The notes: a model not told the origin generated them from the sequence alone. 64,000 nt of DNA from Rhodospirillaceae bacterium (GCA_038117265.1 JAYOFO010000007.1:3985-67984), one strand, 5' to 3'. Positions 43,132-54,394 are shown, counted from the stretch's first letter. Made by a program: numbers and translations.

Positions 43132-43854
43132 ATGGACGACGCCTCCAGCCCTGCCGTTCCCGCCCATGTCGCCATCATCATGGACGGCAACGGGCGCTGG
43201 GCGAAGGCACGCGGCCTGCCGCGCACGGCCGGCCACAAGAAGGGGGCGGACGCCGTCCAGCGGACGATCGAGGCCGCCGAGGACATTGGCATCGGCTACC
43301 TCACCCTGTTCGGGTTCAGCTCCGAGAACTGGAACCGTCCCAGCGGCGAGGTCGGCGACCTGATGGGCCTGTTGCGGCGCTATCTGCAGGCCGAGACGGC
43401 GGAAATGCACCGCCGGAACGTCCGCATTCGCGTGATCGGCGACCGGGCCCGCTTCTCCGACGATATCGTCGCGCTGATCGAGGCGGCCGAGGGGATGACG
43501 GCGGGCAACACCGGCCTCAACCTGACCGCAGCCCTCAGCTATGGCGGGCGCCAGGACATCGCCGCGGCGGCGCGTGCGCTGGCGTCGCGCGCCGTGGCCG
43601 GCGAGATCGCACCGGCCGACATCGACGAGGAGCTGTTCGCCCGGCACCTCTGGACCCATGACCTGCCGGATCCCGACCTGGTGATCCGCACCAGCAACGA
43701 GCAGCGGATCAGCAATTTCCTGCTCTGGCAGTCGGCCTATGCCGAGCTGGTCTTCGCCGACGTGCTGTGGCCCGAATTCGGGCGCGTGCATCTCGAGCAG
43801 TGCATCGCGGAATACCACCGGCGCGAACGGAGATTCGGCGCGCTCGCCGGCTGA
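43132..43854 (+). CDS. uppS: Undecaprenyl diphosphate synthase
   Basis: HVAIIMDGNGRWA, FSSENWNRP, IRTS.EQRISNFLLWQ. Confidence 0.97.
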   Translation: MDDASSPAVPAHVAIIMDGNGRWAKARGLPRTAGHKKGADAVQRTIEAAEDIGIGYLTLFGFSSENWNRPSGEVGDLMGLLRRYLQAETAEMHRRNVRIRVIGDRARFSDDIVALIEAAEGMTAGNTGLNLTAALSYGGRQDIAAAARALASRAVAGEIAPADIDEELFARHLWTHDLPDPDLVIRTSNEQRISNFLLWQSAYAELVFADVLWPEFGRVHLEQCIAEYHRRERRFGALAG

Positions 43855-43858
43855 GCCC

Positions 43859-44692
43859 GTGAACGCGACATCGCCCAACGATGCGCCTGCGAAGGGACCG
43901 AGCAACCTCGTCCTGCGAACCCTCTCCGCGCTCGTCCTGATACCCGTCGCGCTCGCCGCCGTGTGGTTCGGCGACGTCTGGTTCGCCGGGCTCGTGGCCG
44001 TGGTGGTGCTCGCCGCCGGCGCGGAGTGGCGCGGCATGGCCGCGCTGGAGCGGCGCGGCATCGGCACCCTGCTGCTGACGGCACCTTTGTTCGTCGTCGT
44101 GGCGGCGCAGGCCGCCTCGGCCCAGGCCGGGCTGCTGGTGCTGGCCGTGGCGCTGCTCATCGGCCTCGCGGCGTTCGGCTCGCCCTGGGGCGAGCGTCGC
44201 TGGGCATTGACGGCGCTGGTCCATCTGGGCCTGCCGGCGCTCGCGCTGATTTGGCTGCGCGCGGCGCCCGACATCGGTGCCGATCTGGTGTTCTTCCTCT
44301 TCGTGGCGGTCTGGCTGGCCGACATCGGCGGCTATGCCGTCGGCCGCACCATCGGCGGACCGCGTCTTGCGCCGCTGGTAAGCCCCGGCAAGACCTGGGC
44401 CGGGCTGAGCGGTGCGCTTGCGTTCCCGGCGGTCGGCGCATTCGCCTTCGCGCGCTGGGCCGATATCGCGGCCGAGCCGATCGTCCTGGTGGCGATCGCG
44501 CTCGCGCTGATGGCGCAGGCCGGCGACCTGTTCGAATCCTGGGTGAAACGCCGGTTCGGCGTTAAGGATTCGGGCGCCTCGATTCCGGGGCACGGCGGTG
44601 TACTGGACCGGGTCGACGGCGTAATGTTCGCCGCGCCGGCGATGGTTCTCGTCGCCATGCTCATCGGTACGGATTTCGTTCAATGGCGCTGA
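43859..44692 (+). CDS. cdsA: Phosphatidate cytidylyltransferase
   Basis: SPGKTWAG, GDLFESWVKRRFGVKDSG..IPGHGGVLDRVD; start uncertain. Confidence 0.93.
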   Translation: MNATSPNDAPAKGPSNLVLRTLSALVLIPVALAAVWFGDVWFAGLVAVVVLAAGAEWRGMAALERRGIGTLLLTAPLFVVVAAQAASAQAGLLVLAVALLIGLAAFGSPWGERRWALTALVHLGLPALALIWLRAAPDIGADLVFFLFVAVWLADIGGYAVGRTIGGPRLAPLVSPGKTWAGLSGALAFPAVGAFAFARWADIAAEPIVLVAIALALMAQAGDLFESWVKRRFGVKDSGASIPGHGGVLDRVDGVMFAAPAMVLVAMLIGTDFVQWR

Positions 44693-45885
44693 TTCAGGCG
44701 GACCTTCCCGACGACTGCGCGGCCCGGCCGCGCCGAATCTCGGTCCTGGGCGCGACCGGCTCGATCGGCAGCAGCACGCTCGACCTGGTGCGGCGCAACC
44801 GCGACCGGTTTGAGGTGGTGGCGCTGACGGCCCACACCAGCGCCGGCGATCTGGCGGCACTGGTGCGCGAGTTCGAGCCCGAGGTCGCGGCGCTCTCCGA
44901 TCATGCGGCCGGCCAGGCGCTGTCGGACATGCTGGCCGGGGCAGGGCGCACCGAGGTCGTTTTCGGTGCCGATGCGCTGGTCGAGGCGGCCGCGCGGCCG
45001 GCCGACCTGATCGTGGCGGGCATCGTCGGCGCCGCCGGGCTCGGCGCCACGCTCGCCGCCATCCGTCAGGGAACCGCTGTTGCGTTGGCCAACAAGGAGA
45101 GCCTGGTCTGCGCGGGCGATCTGGTGCTCGCCGAGCGCCGGCGCGCCGGCGCCACGCTGCTGCCGCTCGATTCCGAGCACAACGCCATCTTCCAGGTCTT
45201 CGAGAACGAGAATGCGGCCGACGTCGAGAAGCTGATCCTCACCGCATCGGGCGGCCCGTTCCGCACCTGGTCGCGCGAACGCATGGCGGCGGCGACGCCC
45301 GACGAGGCGGTGGCCCACCCCAACTGGTCGATGGGGCGCAAGATTTCGGTCGATTCCGCGACCATGATGAACAAGGGGCTGGAGCTGATCGAGGCGGCCT
45401 ACCTGTTCCCCGTGGCCGAGCCGAACATCGAGATCCTGGTCCACCCGCAATCGGTTGTGCACTCCATGGTCGCCTATGTCGACGGCTCGGTGCTGGCACA
45501 GATGGGGACACCCGACATGCGCGTGCCCATCGCGCACGCCCTGGCCTGGCCGGCGCGCATGGAGACGCCGGCCGCGCGCCTCGACCTCGCCGCCATCGGC
45601 GCGCTGGAGTTCGAGCCGCCCGACCTCGCGCGTTTTCCCGCGCTCGGGCTGGCGCGCGCGGCATTGGCCGAGGGGCGCGGTGCGCCCGTCGTCCTGAACG
45701 CGGCGAACGAGGTGGCCGTGGAGCGCTTCCTCGACGGCGCGATCGGATTCCTGGATATCGCGGCGATTGTCGAAGGCACGCTGGAGGCCGTCGCATCGCA
45801 TGCGGTGGCTTCGCTCGAAGACTTCCGCGCGCTCGATTCCGAGAGCCGCAGAATCGCGGAAACGCTTGTAAAATCGATCCTTTAA
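44683..45885 (+). CDS. dxr: 1-deoxy-D-xylulose 5-phosphate reductoisomerase
   Basis: LGATGSIG, LANKES, DSEH, TASGGPF, HPNWSMG, NKGLE. Confidence 0.97.
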   Translation: MALIQADLPDDCAARPRRISVLGATGSIGSSTLDLVRRNRDRFEVVALTAHTSAGDLAALVREFEPEVAALSDHAAGQALSDMLAGAGRTEVVFGADALVEAAARPADLIVAGIVGAAGLGATLAAIRQGTAVALANKESLVCAGDLVLAERRRAGATLLPLDSEHNAIFQVFENENAADVEKLILTASGGPFRTWSRERMAAATPDEAVAHPNWSMGRKISVDSATMMNKGLELIEAAYLFPVAEPNIEILVHPQSVVHSMVAYVDGSVLAQMGTPDMRVPIAHALAWPARMETPAARLDLAAIGALEFEPPDLARFPALGLARAALAEGRGAPVVLNAANEVAVERFLDGAIGFLDIAAIVEGTLEAVASHAVASLEDFRALDSESRRIAETLVKSIL

Positions 45886-45942
45886 CGCCACTTCAAGCTT
45901 TGCGCGCCATGCTCGGCTAGCGCGGCAGAGGAGCGAATCGCG

Positions 45943-47061
45943 ATGGGCGGCATCGTCGAGACGATATTCTGGTTCCTGGTGGTCCTGACGCCGCTCGTGT
46001 TCGTTCACGAGTTCGGCCACTACGGGTTTGCGCGCCGGGCCGGAGTCCGCGTAGAGGTGTTCTCGGTGGGGTTCGGCCGCGAGCTCTTCGGCTTTACCGA
46101 CAAGGCCGGGACGCGCTGGAAGTTCAGCCTGATCCCGTTCGGCGGCTATGTGAAGATGTTCGGCCAGAGCGACCTCGGGCCCGACAATGACGGGGCCGAA
46201 ATGACGGCCGAGGAGCGCGAGGTCGCGTTCCTGTCGAAGAAACTGTCCCAGAAAACGGCGATCGTTGCGGCGGGGCCGCTCGCAAACCTCCTGTTCGCCA
46301 TCCTCATCTTCACCGGCCTGTTCGCGACGGTCGGGCAACCCTTCACGCCGGCCAAGGTGTCGCAGGTGGTGCCCGGATCCGCCGCGGAGGCGGCCGGCAT
46401 CCTGGCCGACGATGTGTTCGTCGAGGTGGCCGGGCGCTCGATCGCGCGGTTCGAGGAGGTGCAGCAGCTGATCCGCCTGCATCCCGGGATTCCCGTCGAG
46501 GTCGTCGTCGAACGCGCCGGGCAGCGGGTCGTCCTGTCGGCGACGCCCGGCGTGAGCGTGCTGCCCGACGGACTCGGCGACGAGGCGCGAATCGGTGTCC
46601 TCGGCGTGCGCGGTCTGGAGCGGGCGTTCGAGCGTCACGATATCGCGAGCGCGGGATGGCAGGCGGTGCGCGAGACGTTGCGCCTGATCTCGGTGACCGT
46701 GACGGCGATCGGACAGATCGTGGGCGGCGACCGCAGCGCCAAGGAACTGGGCGGTCCCGTGCGAATCGCACAGATGTCGGACAGCGCCGCAGATGCCGGA
46801 ATCTCCACGCTTGTGATCTTCGCGGCGTTTCTTTCCATCAATCTCGGGCTGATCAATCTGCTGCCGATTCCGCTCCTCGATGGCGGGCATCTGCTGTTTT
46901 ATGCCTACGAGGCGCTTTTCCGGCGCCCGCCCCGGCAATGGGCCCAGGAGCTCGGTCTCAAAATCGGGCTGGTTTTCGTCCTCGGCCTCATGCTATTCGC
47001 GACATTCAACGACATCGCCCGACTGCCGGTCGTCCAGCGGATTGTATCGCTGATCACCTAG
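45943..47061 (+). CDS. rseP: RIP metalloprotease RseP
   Basis: HEFGH zinc motif, PDZ domain, NLLPIPLLDGGH. Confidence 0.96.
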   Translation: MGGIVETIFWFLVVLTPLVFVHEFGHYGFARRAGVRVEVFSVGFGRELFGFTDKAGTRWKFSLIPFGGYVKMFGQSDLGPDNDGAEMTAEEREVAFLSKKLSQKTAIVAAGPLANLLFAILIFTGLFATVGQPFTPAKVSQVVPGSAAEAAGILADDVFVEVAGRSIARFEEVQQLIRLHPGIPVEVVVERAGQRVVLSATPGVSVLPDGLGDEARIGVLGVRGLERAFERHDIASAGWQAVRETLRLISVTVTAIGQIVGGDRSAKELGGPVRIAQMSDSAADAGISTLVIFAAFLSINLGLINLLPIPLLDGGHLLFYAYEALFRRPPRQWAQELGLKIGLVFVLGLMLFATFNDIARLPVVQRIVSLIT

Positions 47062-47118
47062 CCTCTAAGGCTTTGACCGAAAAGAAAAACGGGCGGCCGA
47101 CAGGACTGGGACGGGCGC

Positions 47119-49419
47119 GTGATATCCCGCATTGGCAAGTTCGCATGGTTTCTCGCCCTGTTGCTGGGCGCGGTTCCGATTTCGTTCGCCGGCACCGCGG
47201 CGATGGCGCAGTCGCATGCGGGCGGTACCGTCGATGAAATCCGGGTGCTCGGCACCCAGCGCATCGACCCGTCGACCGTCAACGCCTACATGCAGATCAA
47301 GCCGGGCGAAACCTACGATGCGGCCAAGGTCGACGAATCCCTCAAGAACCTCTTCAACACCGGCCTGTTCGCTGATGTCTCCCTGCGCCGCGAGGGCGAC
47401 GCGCTGATCGTGCAGGTGGTCGAGAACCCGATCATCAACCGCATCGCGTTCGAGGGAAATCGCAAGATCGACGACGACGCCTTAACCGAGGAAGTCACCT
47501 TGCGCCCACGCGTGGTCTATACGCGGACCAAGGTGCAGACGGACGTGCAGCGACTGCTCGACATCTATCGGCGGTCGGGCCGGTTCGCGGCGACCGTGGA
47601 TCCGAAGGTGATCCAGCTGCCGGAGAACCGGGTCGATCTGGTCTTCGAGATCAACGAAGGAGAGCGTACGGGCATCCGTGCGATCAATTTCATCGGCAAC
47701 CGGGAGTTTTCCGACGGCGACCTGCGCGAAGTCATCCAGACCGTCGAGACGACGTTCTACAAGATCTTCAGCTCGAACGACACGTACGACCCGGACCGCC
47801 TGTCGTTCGACCGCGAGCTGTTGCGCCGGTTCTACCTGTCCGAGGGGTTTGCCGACTTCCGCGTGGTCTCGGCGATCGCGGAACTGACCGACGACCGCGA
47901 GGATTTCATCGTCACCTTCACCGTCGACGAGGGGCCGCTCTACAGTTTCGGCACGCTCGATGTTGCGAGCCAGCTGCGCGGGGTCGAGGGGCAGGACCTT
48001 TCGGGGCTGATCGCCTCGGAGCCGGGCGAGACCTACAACGCCGAGGAAGTGGAATCGACGGTCCAGTCGATCACGGACTCCCTGGGGGAGCGGGGGTTCG
48101 CGTTCGTCGACGTGCGCCCGCGGGTCAACCGCAACCGCGACGACCGCAAGATCGACGTCACCTATGAGGTGCGCGATGGCCCGCGGGTCTTCGTCGAGCG
48201 GATCGACATCAGCGGCAATGTGCGCACGCTGGACGAGGTGGTCCGGCGCGAGTTCTCGATTGTGGAAGGCGACGCCTTCAACACCGCGCGCCTGCGCCGG
48301 ACACGCCAGCGGCTGCAGAACCTGCGCTTCTTCTCCCGGGTCGACGTGAACAACTCTCCCGGCTCCGCCACCGACCGGACGGTCGTGACGGTGAACGTCG
48401 AGGAGAAATCGACGGGCGAACTCATGATCGGTGCCGGGTTCTCGTCGGAGGCCGGCGCCCTGGCCGACCTGTCGATCCGCGAGCGCAATCTGCTCGGGCG
48501 CGGCCAGGATCTGCGCATCAGCACGACCCTGGCGACCAAGCAGCAGCAGATCGACCTGAGCTTTACCGAGCCGTACTTACTCGACCGCGAGCTGGCGGCA
48601 GGCTTCGATCTGTTCGTGCGGACCACCGACTTCGACGCGCGGAGCTCGTTCGAGCAGGACGAACTCGGTTTCGTTCTGCGCGCCGGCTACCAGCTCGCGC
48701 CCAACCTGCGGCACACCGCGCGTTATACCCTGAAGCAGGACAAAATCACCGATATCTCGGCGACGGCGTCGCCGGCCATCCGCGCCCAGCAGGGCAAGTT
48801 CACGACGTCGTCGCTTGGAAACGAGTTCATGTACGACAGGCGCGACAACCGGTTCAATCCGACGGACGGCTATTTCGTGAGCTACGGCGTCAACCTGGCC
48901 GGTTTTGGCGGCTCCGAGCGGTTCCTGAAGAACGAGGTCGGCAGCGGCTTCTTCACGCCGCTCTTCGGCACCGGCCTGGTCATGGGCGTGCTGGGGGAAG
49001 TGGGGTTGCTGACGGAACTCGACGGCGACGATATTCGGGTCTCGGATCGCTTCTTCCTGGGCGGCAAGCGCCTGCGCGGTTTCGAGGTCGGCGGCGTCTC
49101 GCCGCGCGACCTGCAGACCGACGATGCGCTCGGCGGCACCAAATTCTATCGCGGATCGGCAGAAGTCGGCTTCCCGCTCGGCCTGCCCGAAGAATTCGAC
49201 ATCCGGGGCGCTATCTTCAGCGATTTCGGCAGTTCGTGGGGCGCCGACGATCCGTTCCCCAACATCGCCGACGATTCGTCGATTCGCGCGTCGGTCGGCA
49301 TCGGCCTAGCCTGGGCGTCGCCGGCGGGGCCGGTTCGTGTCGACCTCGCGCGCGCCGTGAAGAAGGAAGAGTACGACGAAACCGAGTTCTTTGCGTTCAG
49401 CTTCGGAACACGGTTCTAA
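47119..49419 (+). CDS. bamA: Outer membrane protein assembly factor BamA
   Basis: Signal peptide, POTRA repeats, LRGF, C-terminal FSFGTRF. Confidence 0.96.
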   Translation: MISRIGKFAWFLALLLGAVPISFAGTAAMAQSHAGGTVDEIRVLGTQRIDPSTVNAYMQIKPGETYDAAKVDESLKNLFNTGLFADVSLRREGDALIVQVVENPIINRIAFEGNRKIDDDALTEEVTLRPRVVYTRTKVQTDVQRLLDIYRRSGRFAATVDPKVIQLPENRVDLVFEINEGERTGIRAINFIGNREFSDGDLREVIQTVETTFYKIFSSNDTYDPDRLSFDRELLRRFYLSEGFADFRVVSAIAELTDDREDFIVTFTVDEGPLYSFGTLDVASQLRGVEGQDLSGLIASEPGETYNAEEVESTVQSITDSLGERGFAFVDVRPRVNRNRDDRKIDVTYEVRDGPRVFVERIDISGNVRTLDEVVRREFSIVEGDAFNTARLRRTRQRLQNLRFFSRVDVNNSPGSATDRTVVTVNVEEKSTGELMIGAGFSSEAGALADLSIRERNLLGRGQDLRISTTLATKQQQIDLSFTEPYLLDRELAAGFDLFVRTTDFDARSSFEQDELGFVLRAGYQLAPNLRHTARYTLKQDKITDISATASPAIRAQQGKFTTSSLGNEFMYDRRDNRFNPTDGYFVSYGVNLAGFGGSERFLKNEVGSGFFTPLFGTGLVMGVLGEVGLLTELDGDDIRVSDRFFLGGKRLRGFEVGGVSPRDLQTDDALGGTKFYRGSAEVGFPLGLPEEFDIRGAIFSDFGSSWGADDPFPNIADDSSIRASVGIGLAWASPAGPVRVDLARAVKKEEYDETEFFAFSFGTRF

Positions 49420-49431
49420 CGGAGTTCATCC

Positions 49432-50028
49432 ATGCGTAGCAAACAGATCGCAATAGCGTTGTCGCTCATCGTGGCGCTTCTCGTTGCGACGGGGGCGGAC
49501 GCCCAAGACAAGCCTAAATCTCTGAAGCCGCCGGTGCCGTCGATTGCCATCGTCGATATCGAGGTGATCATGAGCCAGTCGCTGGCCGTGCAGTCGGCGC
49601 GAACCCAGATCGACCAGATTGCGGGCGACCTCCAGCAGACCATAGCGGCCGAGGAAGAAAAGCTTCGCGCCGAGGAAGAGGCGCTGCGGCAGCAGCGCAC
49701 GCTCCTGACGCCGGAGGTCTATGCCGAGCGGCGCCAGGCGCTGCAGGAACGGGCCGCACAGCTGCAGCAGCGCGCGCGCGCCCTGCGCCAGACCATCGAT
49801 CGCGGCATGGCCCAGACCATGCAGCTTACCCAGCGTGTCCTTTTCGAGGAGATCGGCAAGCTGGCCGAGGAGATCGGGGTGAACCTGGTCCTGCCGCGCT
49901 CGCAGATCGTGGTCGCCATCGATTCCTACAATATCTCGGAAGAAGCGTTGAAGCGCCTCAATGCCCGCCTGTCGGAAGTCGAGATGGCGCTCGAGCGCAA
50001 GGATCCCGCCGAACCCGGCAAGAAGTAG
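49432..50028 (+). CDS. skp: OmpH/Skp family periplasmic chaperone
   Basis: Signal peptide, IAIVD, long coiled coil; sits between bamA and lpxD. Confidence 0.85.
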   Translation: MRSKQIAIALSLIVALLVATGADAQDKPKSLKPPVPSIAIVDIEVIMSQSLAVQSARTQIDQIAGDLQQTIAAEEEKLRAEEEALRQQRTLLTPEVYAERRQALQERAAQLQQRARALRQTIDRGMAQTMQLTQRVLFEEIGKLAEEIGVNLVLPRSQIVVAIDSYNISEEALKRLNARLSEVEMALERKDPAEPGKK

Positions 50029-50035
50029 CGCTGCG

Positions 50036-51058
50036 ATGGCCGACCCGCGTTTCTTTTCCGCGAGAGGTCCGTTCCGCCTGGCCGAACTCGCCGGGATCGC
50101 GGGTGGTGAGCTGGCCGACGGCAGCGATCCCGACCTCGTCCTGTCCGACGTCGCGCCTTTGTCGGTGGCCGGCGCGCAGCATCTGAGCTTTCTCGACAAC
50201 CGAAAATATGTCGATGCCTTCCTGGCGTCCGGGGCGGCGGCCTGCGTCGTGGCGCCCGAGTTCGTCGAACGCGCGCCGGAGGGCATGGCGCTCATCGTGG
50301 CCGAGGACCCGTACCGCGCCTACGCCCGTGTCGCGGCGGCGTTCTATCCCGTCGAGCGTGGCGACGGAACGGTGCACTCCGGCGCACATGTGGCGCCCGA
50401 TGCCACGCTCGGCGCGAACGTCTCGATCGGGCCGGCCGCCGTTGTCGAGTCCGGCGCCATCCTCGGGCCCAACGTCGTCATCGAGGCCGGGGCCGTGATC
50501 GGCCGCGGTGTTGCCGTCGGCGCCGACACCGTGATCGGCAGCAATGCGAGCCTGTCCCATTGCGAGATCGGCGCGCGTTGCCAGATTCATCCCGGTGTTC
50601 GCATCGGGACGCGCGGTTTCGGCTTCGCCATGTCGCCCGAAGGCCACCTCGACGTGCCGCAGCTGGGGCGGGTCATTGTCGGAAACGATGTCGAGGTCGG
50701 CGCTAACTCGACGATCGACCGCGGCGCCGGGCCCGACACGATCATCGGCGACGGGTGCAAGATTGATAATCTGGTACAGATCGGGCACAACGTCCGCATG
50801 GGGCGCGGATGTGTCGTCGTGGCCCAGGCCGGTGTCGCGGGTAGTGCGGAGCTCAAGGATTTCGTGGTGCTTGCGGCGCAGTCCGGTGTAGCCGGGCACA
50901 TCACCATCGCGCCGGGAACCCAGCTCGCCGCACGCAGCGGCATCATGCGGGACACAGAGCCCGGCGCAAAACTTGCCGGAAACCCTGCCATCGAGGCGCG
51001 GGAGTATTTTCGGCAGATGGCGGTGTTGGCCAAGCTGACGAAGGACCGTAAGGCCTAG
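50036..51058 (+). CDS. lpxD: UDP-3-O-acylglucosamine N-acyltransferase
   Basis: MADPRFF, hexapeptide repeats, [22 protein letters not shown]. Confidence 0.96.
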   Translation: MADPRFFSARGPFRLAELAGIAGGELADGSDPDLVLSDVAPLSVAGAQHLSFLDNRKYVDAFLASGAAACVVAPEFVERAPEGMALIVAEDPYRAYARVAAAFYPVERGDGTVHSGAHVAPDATLGANVSIGPAAVVESGAILGPNVVIEAGAVIGRGVAVGADTVIGSNASLSHCEIGARCQIHPGVRIGTRGFGFAMSPEGHLDVPQLGRVIVGNDVEVGANSTIDRGAGPDTIIGDGCKIDNLVQIGHNVRMGRGCVVVAQAGVAGSAELKDFVVLAAQSGVAGHITIAPGTQLAARSGIMRDTEPGAKLAGNPAIEAREYFRQMAVLAKLTKDRKA

Positions 51059-51086
51059 GTTTGTAGGGAGCGCCTGTCGCCGAACA

Positions 51087-51569
51087 ATGGATTCGAAAGT
51101 CGAACACGCCCAGTCGAACGACAACGCCCGCGAGGCCGTCGATATCCTCGAGGTGATGGAGATGATTCCCCATCGCCAGCCGTTCCTGATGATCGACAAG
51201 GTCGAGGACATCGTCGTGCGTCAGAGTGCGACGGGCATCAAGAACGTTACCATAAACGAGCCCTTTTTCCTCGGCCATTTCCCGGTTCGGCCCGTCATGC
51301 CCGGCGTGCTGATCATCGAGGCGATGGCCCAGACGGCCGCCGTGCTCGTCGTCGAGACGCTGGGCGAAGACGCGCTCGGCAAGCTCGTCTATTTCATGAC
51401 CATCGAGAATGCGCGGTTCCGCAAGCCCGTCGTTCCGGGCGATCAGCTGAAGCTGTTCGTCGCGATCCAGCGCAACCGGGGCAATGTCTGGAAGTTCAGC
51501 GGCGTCGCCAAGGTCGGCGACGTGACCGTCGCCGAGGCGATCTATTCCGCAATGATCATGGATCCCTGA
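51087..51569 (+). CDS. fabZ: 3-hydroxyacyl-ACP dehydratase
   Basis: [32 protein letters not shown]. Confidence 0.97.
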   Translation: MDSKVEHAQSNDNAREAVDILEVMEMIPHRQPFLMIDKVEDIVVRQSATGIKNVTINEPFFLGHFPVRPVMPGVLIIEAMAQTAAVLVVETLGEDALGKLVYFMTIENARFRKPVVPGDQLKLFVAIQRNRGNVWKFSGVAKVGDVTVAEAIYSAMIMDP

Positions 51570-52369
51570 TGGCGTCGATTCATCCCACGGCGGTCATCGA
51601 GGACGGCGCGTCCCTCGGCAAGGATGTCGATATCGGTCCCTATTGCGTGGTCGGTGGCCAGGTGTCGCTGGGCGACGGCGTTCGCCTGCACAGCCACGTG
51701 GTCGTCGGCGGGCGCACCGCGATCGGAGAGCAGAGCGAGATCTTCCCGTTCGCCTCGATCGGGCTGCAGCCCCAGGACCTGAAGTTCGCGGGCGAGGCGT
51801 CCGAACTGGTCATCGGCGCGCGGAACAAGATCCGCGAACACGTCACCATGAACCCGGGCACGGCCGGCGGCGGCCTGATCACGCGGGTCGGCGACGACTG
51901 CCTGTTCATGGTCGCAGCACATGTCGCCCATGACTGCATCGTGGGCAACCATGTGATCCTGGCCAACAACGCGACCCTGGCCGGGCACGTCCATGTCGGC
52001 GATTTCGCCATCATCGGCGGGCTGGCGGCGGTGCACCAGTTCGTGCGGATCGGCGCCCACGCCATGGTCGGCGGGATGTCGGGCGTCGAGAACGATCTGA
52101 TCCCCTACGGGTCCGCCATGGGAGACCGTGCGCGTCTGCGCGGCCTCAACCTGGTGGGTCTGCAGCGGCGCAATTTCTCGCGCGACGACATCCACGATTT
52201 GCGGACGGCCTATCGCCTTCTGTTCGCCCAGGAGGGCACGATGCAGGAGCGCCTCGAGGACGTCGTGCAGCTCTATGCCGACAACGAGACCGTCATGGAG
52301 ATCGTCGAATTCGTGCGTCACAACACGTCGCGCGCGATCCTGCAGCCCAAGTCCTCGAATGGCGCCTAA
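51569..52369 (+). CDS. lpxA: UDP-N-acetylglucosamine O-acyltransferase
   Basis: IHPTA, PQDLKF, HVAHDC, LAGHV, VHQF, GLNLVGL. Confidence 0.97.
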   Translation: MASIHPTAVIEDGASLGKDVDIGPYCVVGGQVSLGDGVRLHSHVVVGGRTAIGEQSEIFPFASIGLQPQDLKFAGEASELVIGARNKIREHVTMNPGTAGGGLITRVGDDCLFMVAAHVAHDCIVGNHVILANNATLAGHVHVGDFAIIGGLAAVHQFVRIGAHAMVGGMSGVENDLIPYGSAMGDRARLRGLNLVGLQRRNFSRDDIHDLRTAYRLLFAQEGTMQERLEDVVQLYADNETVMEIVEFVRHNTSRAILQPKSSNGA

Positions 52370-53207
52370 GCTCGGTATCCTCGCCGGCGGCGGCCCGCTG
52401 CCCGGATACCTGATCGAGGCCTGCCGCGTGTCCGACCGACCGGTCTTCGTCGTCGCGTTCGAGGGGCAGGCGGATGCCGACGTCATCGGCGATGCCCCCC
52501 ACGCGTGGGTCCGGCTCGGGGCCGCCGAGGAGGCGCTGGGGCGCCTGCGCGCGGAACGGGTCGAGGAGATCGTCATGGCGGGGCCGGTGCGCCGCCCGAC
52601 GCTTGCCGAACTGCGGCCCGACCGCCGCGCCGCCCGGTTTCTCGCGCGCGGGCTCCTGAACAAGGGAGACAACGGCCTGCTCGGCGCGATCGTGCGGACG
52701 CTCGAGGAGGAAGAGGGATTTCGCGTCGTGGGGGCAGACTCCGTTCTCGCCGACCTCAAGGCGCCCGAGGGGCCGTTCGGGAAACACGTACCCGACCGGG
52801 ACGCGCGCGAGGACATCGCGCTGGGCGTGCGCGTACTGCGCGAGACCGGCCGGCTCGACATCGGCCAGGCGGTCGTCGTCCAGCAGGGGATCGTGCTCGG
52901 GATCGAGGCGGCCGAGGGGACGCGGCGGCTGATCGAGCGCTGCGCGGAGCTGCGCCGCGAGGGCCGGGGCGGGGTGCTCGTGAAGCTCGCCAAGCCGGGC
53001 CAGGAGACGCGCGCCGACCTGCCGGCGATTGGACCCGAGACCGTCGCGGCGGCAACCGCGTCGGGGCTCGCGGGCATCGCCGTGGGTGCGGGGGCGACCC
53101 TGGTGTTCGACCGGCACGCGGTCACCGAAACGGCCGACGCGGCAGGGCTCTTCGTCGTCGGGATACGTCCGGGCGCCTTCGTTGCGGACTACGACACGGG
53201 GTCATGA
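52359..53207 (+). CDS. lpxI: UDP-2,3-diacylglucosamine diphosphatase LpxI
   Basis: LGILAGGGPLP, DIGQAVVV, IEAAEGT, KPGQ..RADLPAIG; between lpxA and lpxB. Confidence 0.92.
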   Translation: MAPKLGILAGGGPLPGYLIEACRVSDRPVFVVAFEGQADADVIGDAPHAWVRLGAAEEALGRLRAERVEEIVMAGPVRRPTLAELRPDRRAARFLARGLLNKGDNGLLGAIVRTLEEEEGFRVVGADSVLADLKAPEGPFGKHVPDRDAREDIALGVRVLRETGRLDIGQAVVVQQGIVLGIEAAEGTRRLIERCAELRREGRGGVLVKLAKPGQETRADLPAIGPETVAAATASGLAGIAVGAGATLVFDRHAVTETADAAGLFVVGIRPGAFVADYDTGS

Positions 53208-54394
53208 GCGCCGAGGCCGCGCCTTCCGCGGAAGCCCCGCTGCACGTCTACATCATCGCGGGCGAACCGTCGGGCGACGTCATCGGCGGCCGGCTGATCG
53301 CCGCGCTGCGCGAGTCCTGTGACGGGCAACTCCGCGTCTCGGGTGTCGGCGGCCCGGAGATGGAGCGCGCGGGCCTGTCGAGCCTGTTTCCCTACGGCGA
53401 GCTGTCGATCATGGGGATCTTCGAGGTCCTGCCGAGCATTCCGCGCCTGCTGCGCCGCATGCGCGCGGTCGCCGCGGACATTGAGCGCGCCGCGCCCGAT
53501 GTCGTCGTGACGATCGACTCGCCGGGCTTCGTCTTCGGCGTGATCCGCCGCCTGCGGACCCGCGATTGCCCGCGCGTGCACTATGTCGCGCCGACCATCT
53601 GGGCCTGGCGGGCGGGGCGCGTGCGCAAGTTCCGCCGCCATTTCGATCATCTGCTCGCGCTGTTTCCGTTCGAGCCGACCCTGTTCGAGGCCGCCGGCAT
53701 GCCGTGCACCTTCGTCGGCCATCCGGTCGCCGAGGGTGCGGTCGATGCCGCCGACGGTGCGGCCTTCCGCGCCCGGCACGGGATTGCCCCCGATGCCACG
53801 GTGCTCTGTCTCCTGCCGGGCAGCCGGCGGGGCGAGATCGCGCGCATCGGCCCGGTGGCGCGGGCCGCCATGGCCGACATTCTCGCGGCGCATCCCGGGC
53901 TGACCGTGGTCGTGCCAGCCGCGCCGAACGTTCGCCGCGACGTCGAGGCGCTCGTCGCCGGTCTGGGGAGGAACGTCGTCCTGGTCGATGGGGCCGGCGA
54001 GCGCTACGACGCGTTTGCCGCGTCCGACCTGGCGCTCGCGACCTCGGGCACGGTCACCCTGGAACTGGCGCGGGCCGGCGTGCCGACCGTGGTGATGTAC
54101 CGGATCGGCTGGCTGACGGGCAAAATTGCGCGGCGGATGATTCGCGTGCGCCACGCCTCGATCGTGAACATCGTCGCCGACCGCGAAATCCTGCCCGAGT
54201 TCCTGCAGTCGCGCTGCCGCGTCGAACCGATCGCGCAAGCGGTCATCGGCCTGCTCGGCGATCCCGAGCGCCGGAAGGCGATCGGCGCCGAGGCGGGACG
54301 CGTCGCGCGCGAGATGGGCGACGAGGACGAACGCCCCAGCGCGCGTGCCGCGCGCGTCGTGCGTGCGATTGCCGCGGGCCCGACGAGCCGGTAA
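53204..54394 (+). CDS. lpxB: Lipid-A-disaccharide synthase
   Basis: IAGEPSGD, IDSPGF, HYVAPTIWAWR, LPGSR, SGTVTLE. Confidence 0.96.
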   Translation: MSAEAAPSAEAPLHVYIIAGEPSGDVIGGRLIAALRESCDGQLRVSGVGGPEMERAGLSSLFPYGELSIMGIFEVLPSIPRLLRRMRAVAADIERAAPDVVVTIDSPGFVFGVIRRLRTRDCPRVHYVAPTIWAWRAGRVRKFRRHFDHLLALFPFEPTLFEAAGMPCTFVGHPVAEGAVDAADGAAFRARHGIAPDATVLCLLPGSRRGEIARIGPVARAAMADILAAHPGLTVVVPAAPNVRRDVEALVAGLGRNVVLVDGAGERYDAFAASDLALATSGTVTLELARAGVPTVVMYRIGWLTGKIARRMIRVRHASIVNIVADREILPEFLQSRCRVEPIAQAVIGLLGDPERRKAIGAEAGRVAREMGDEDERPSARAARVVRAIAAGPTSR

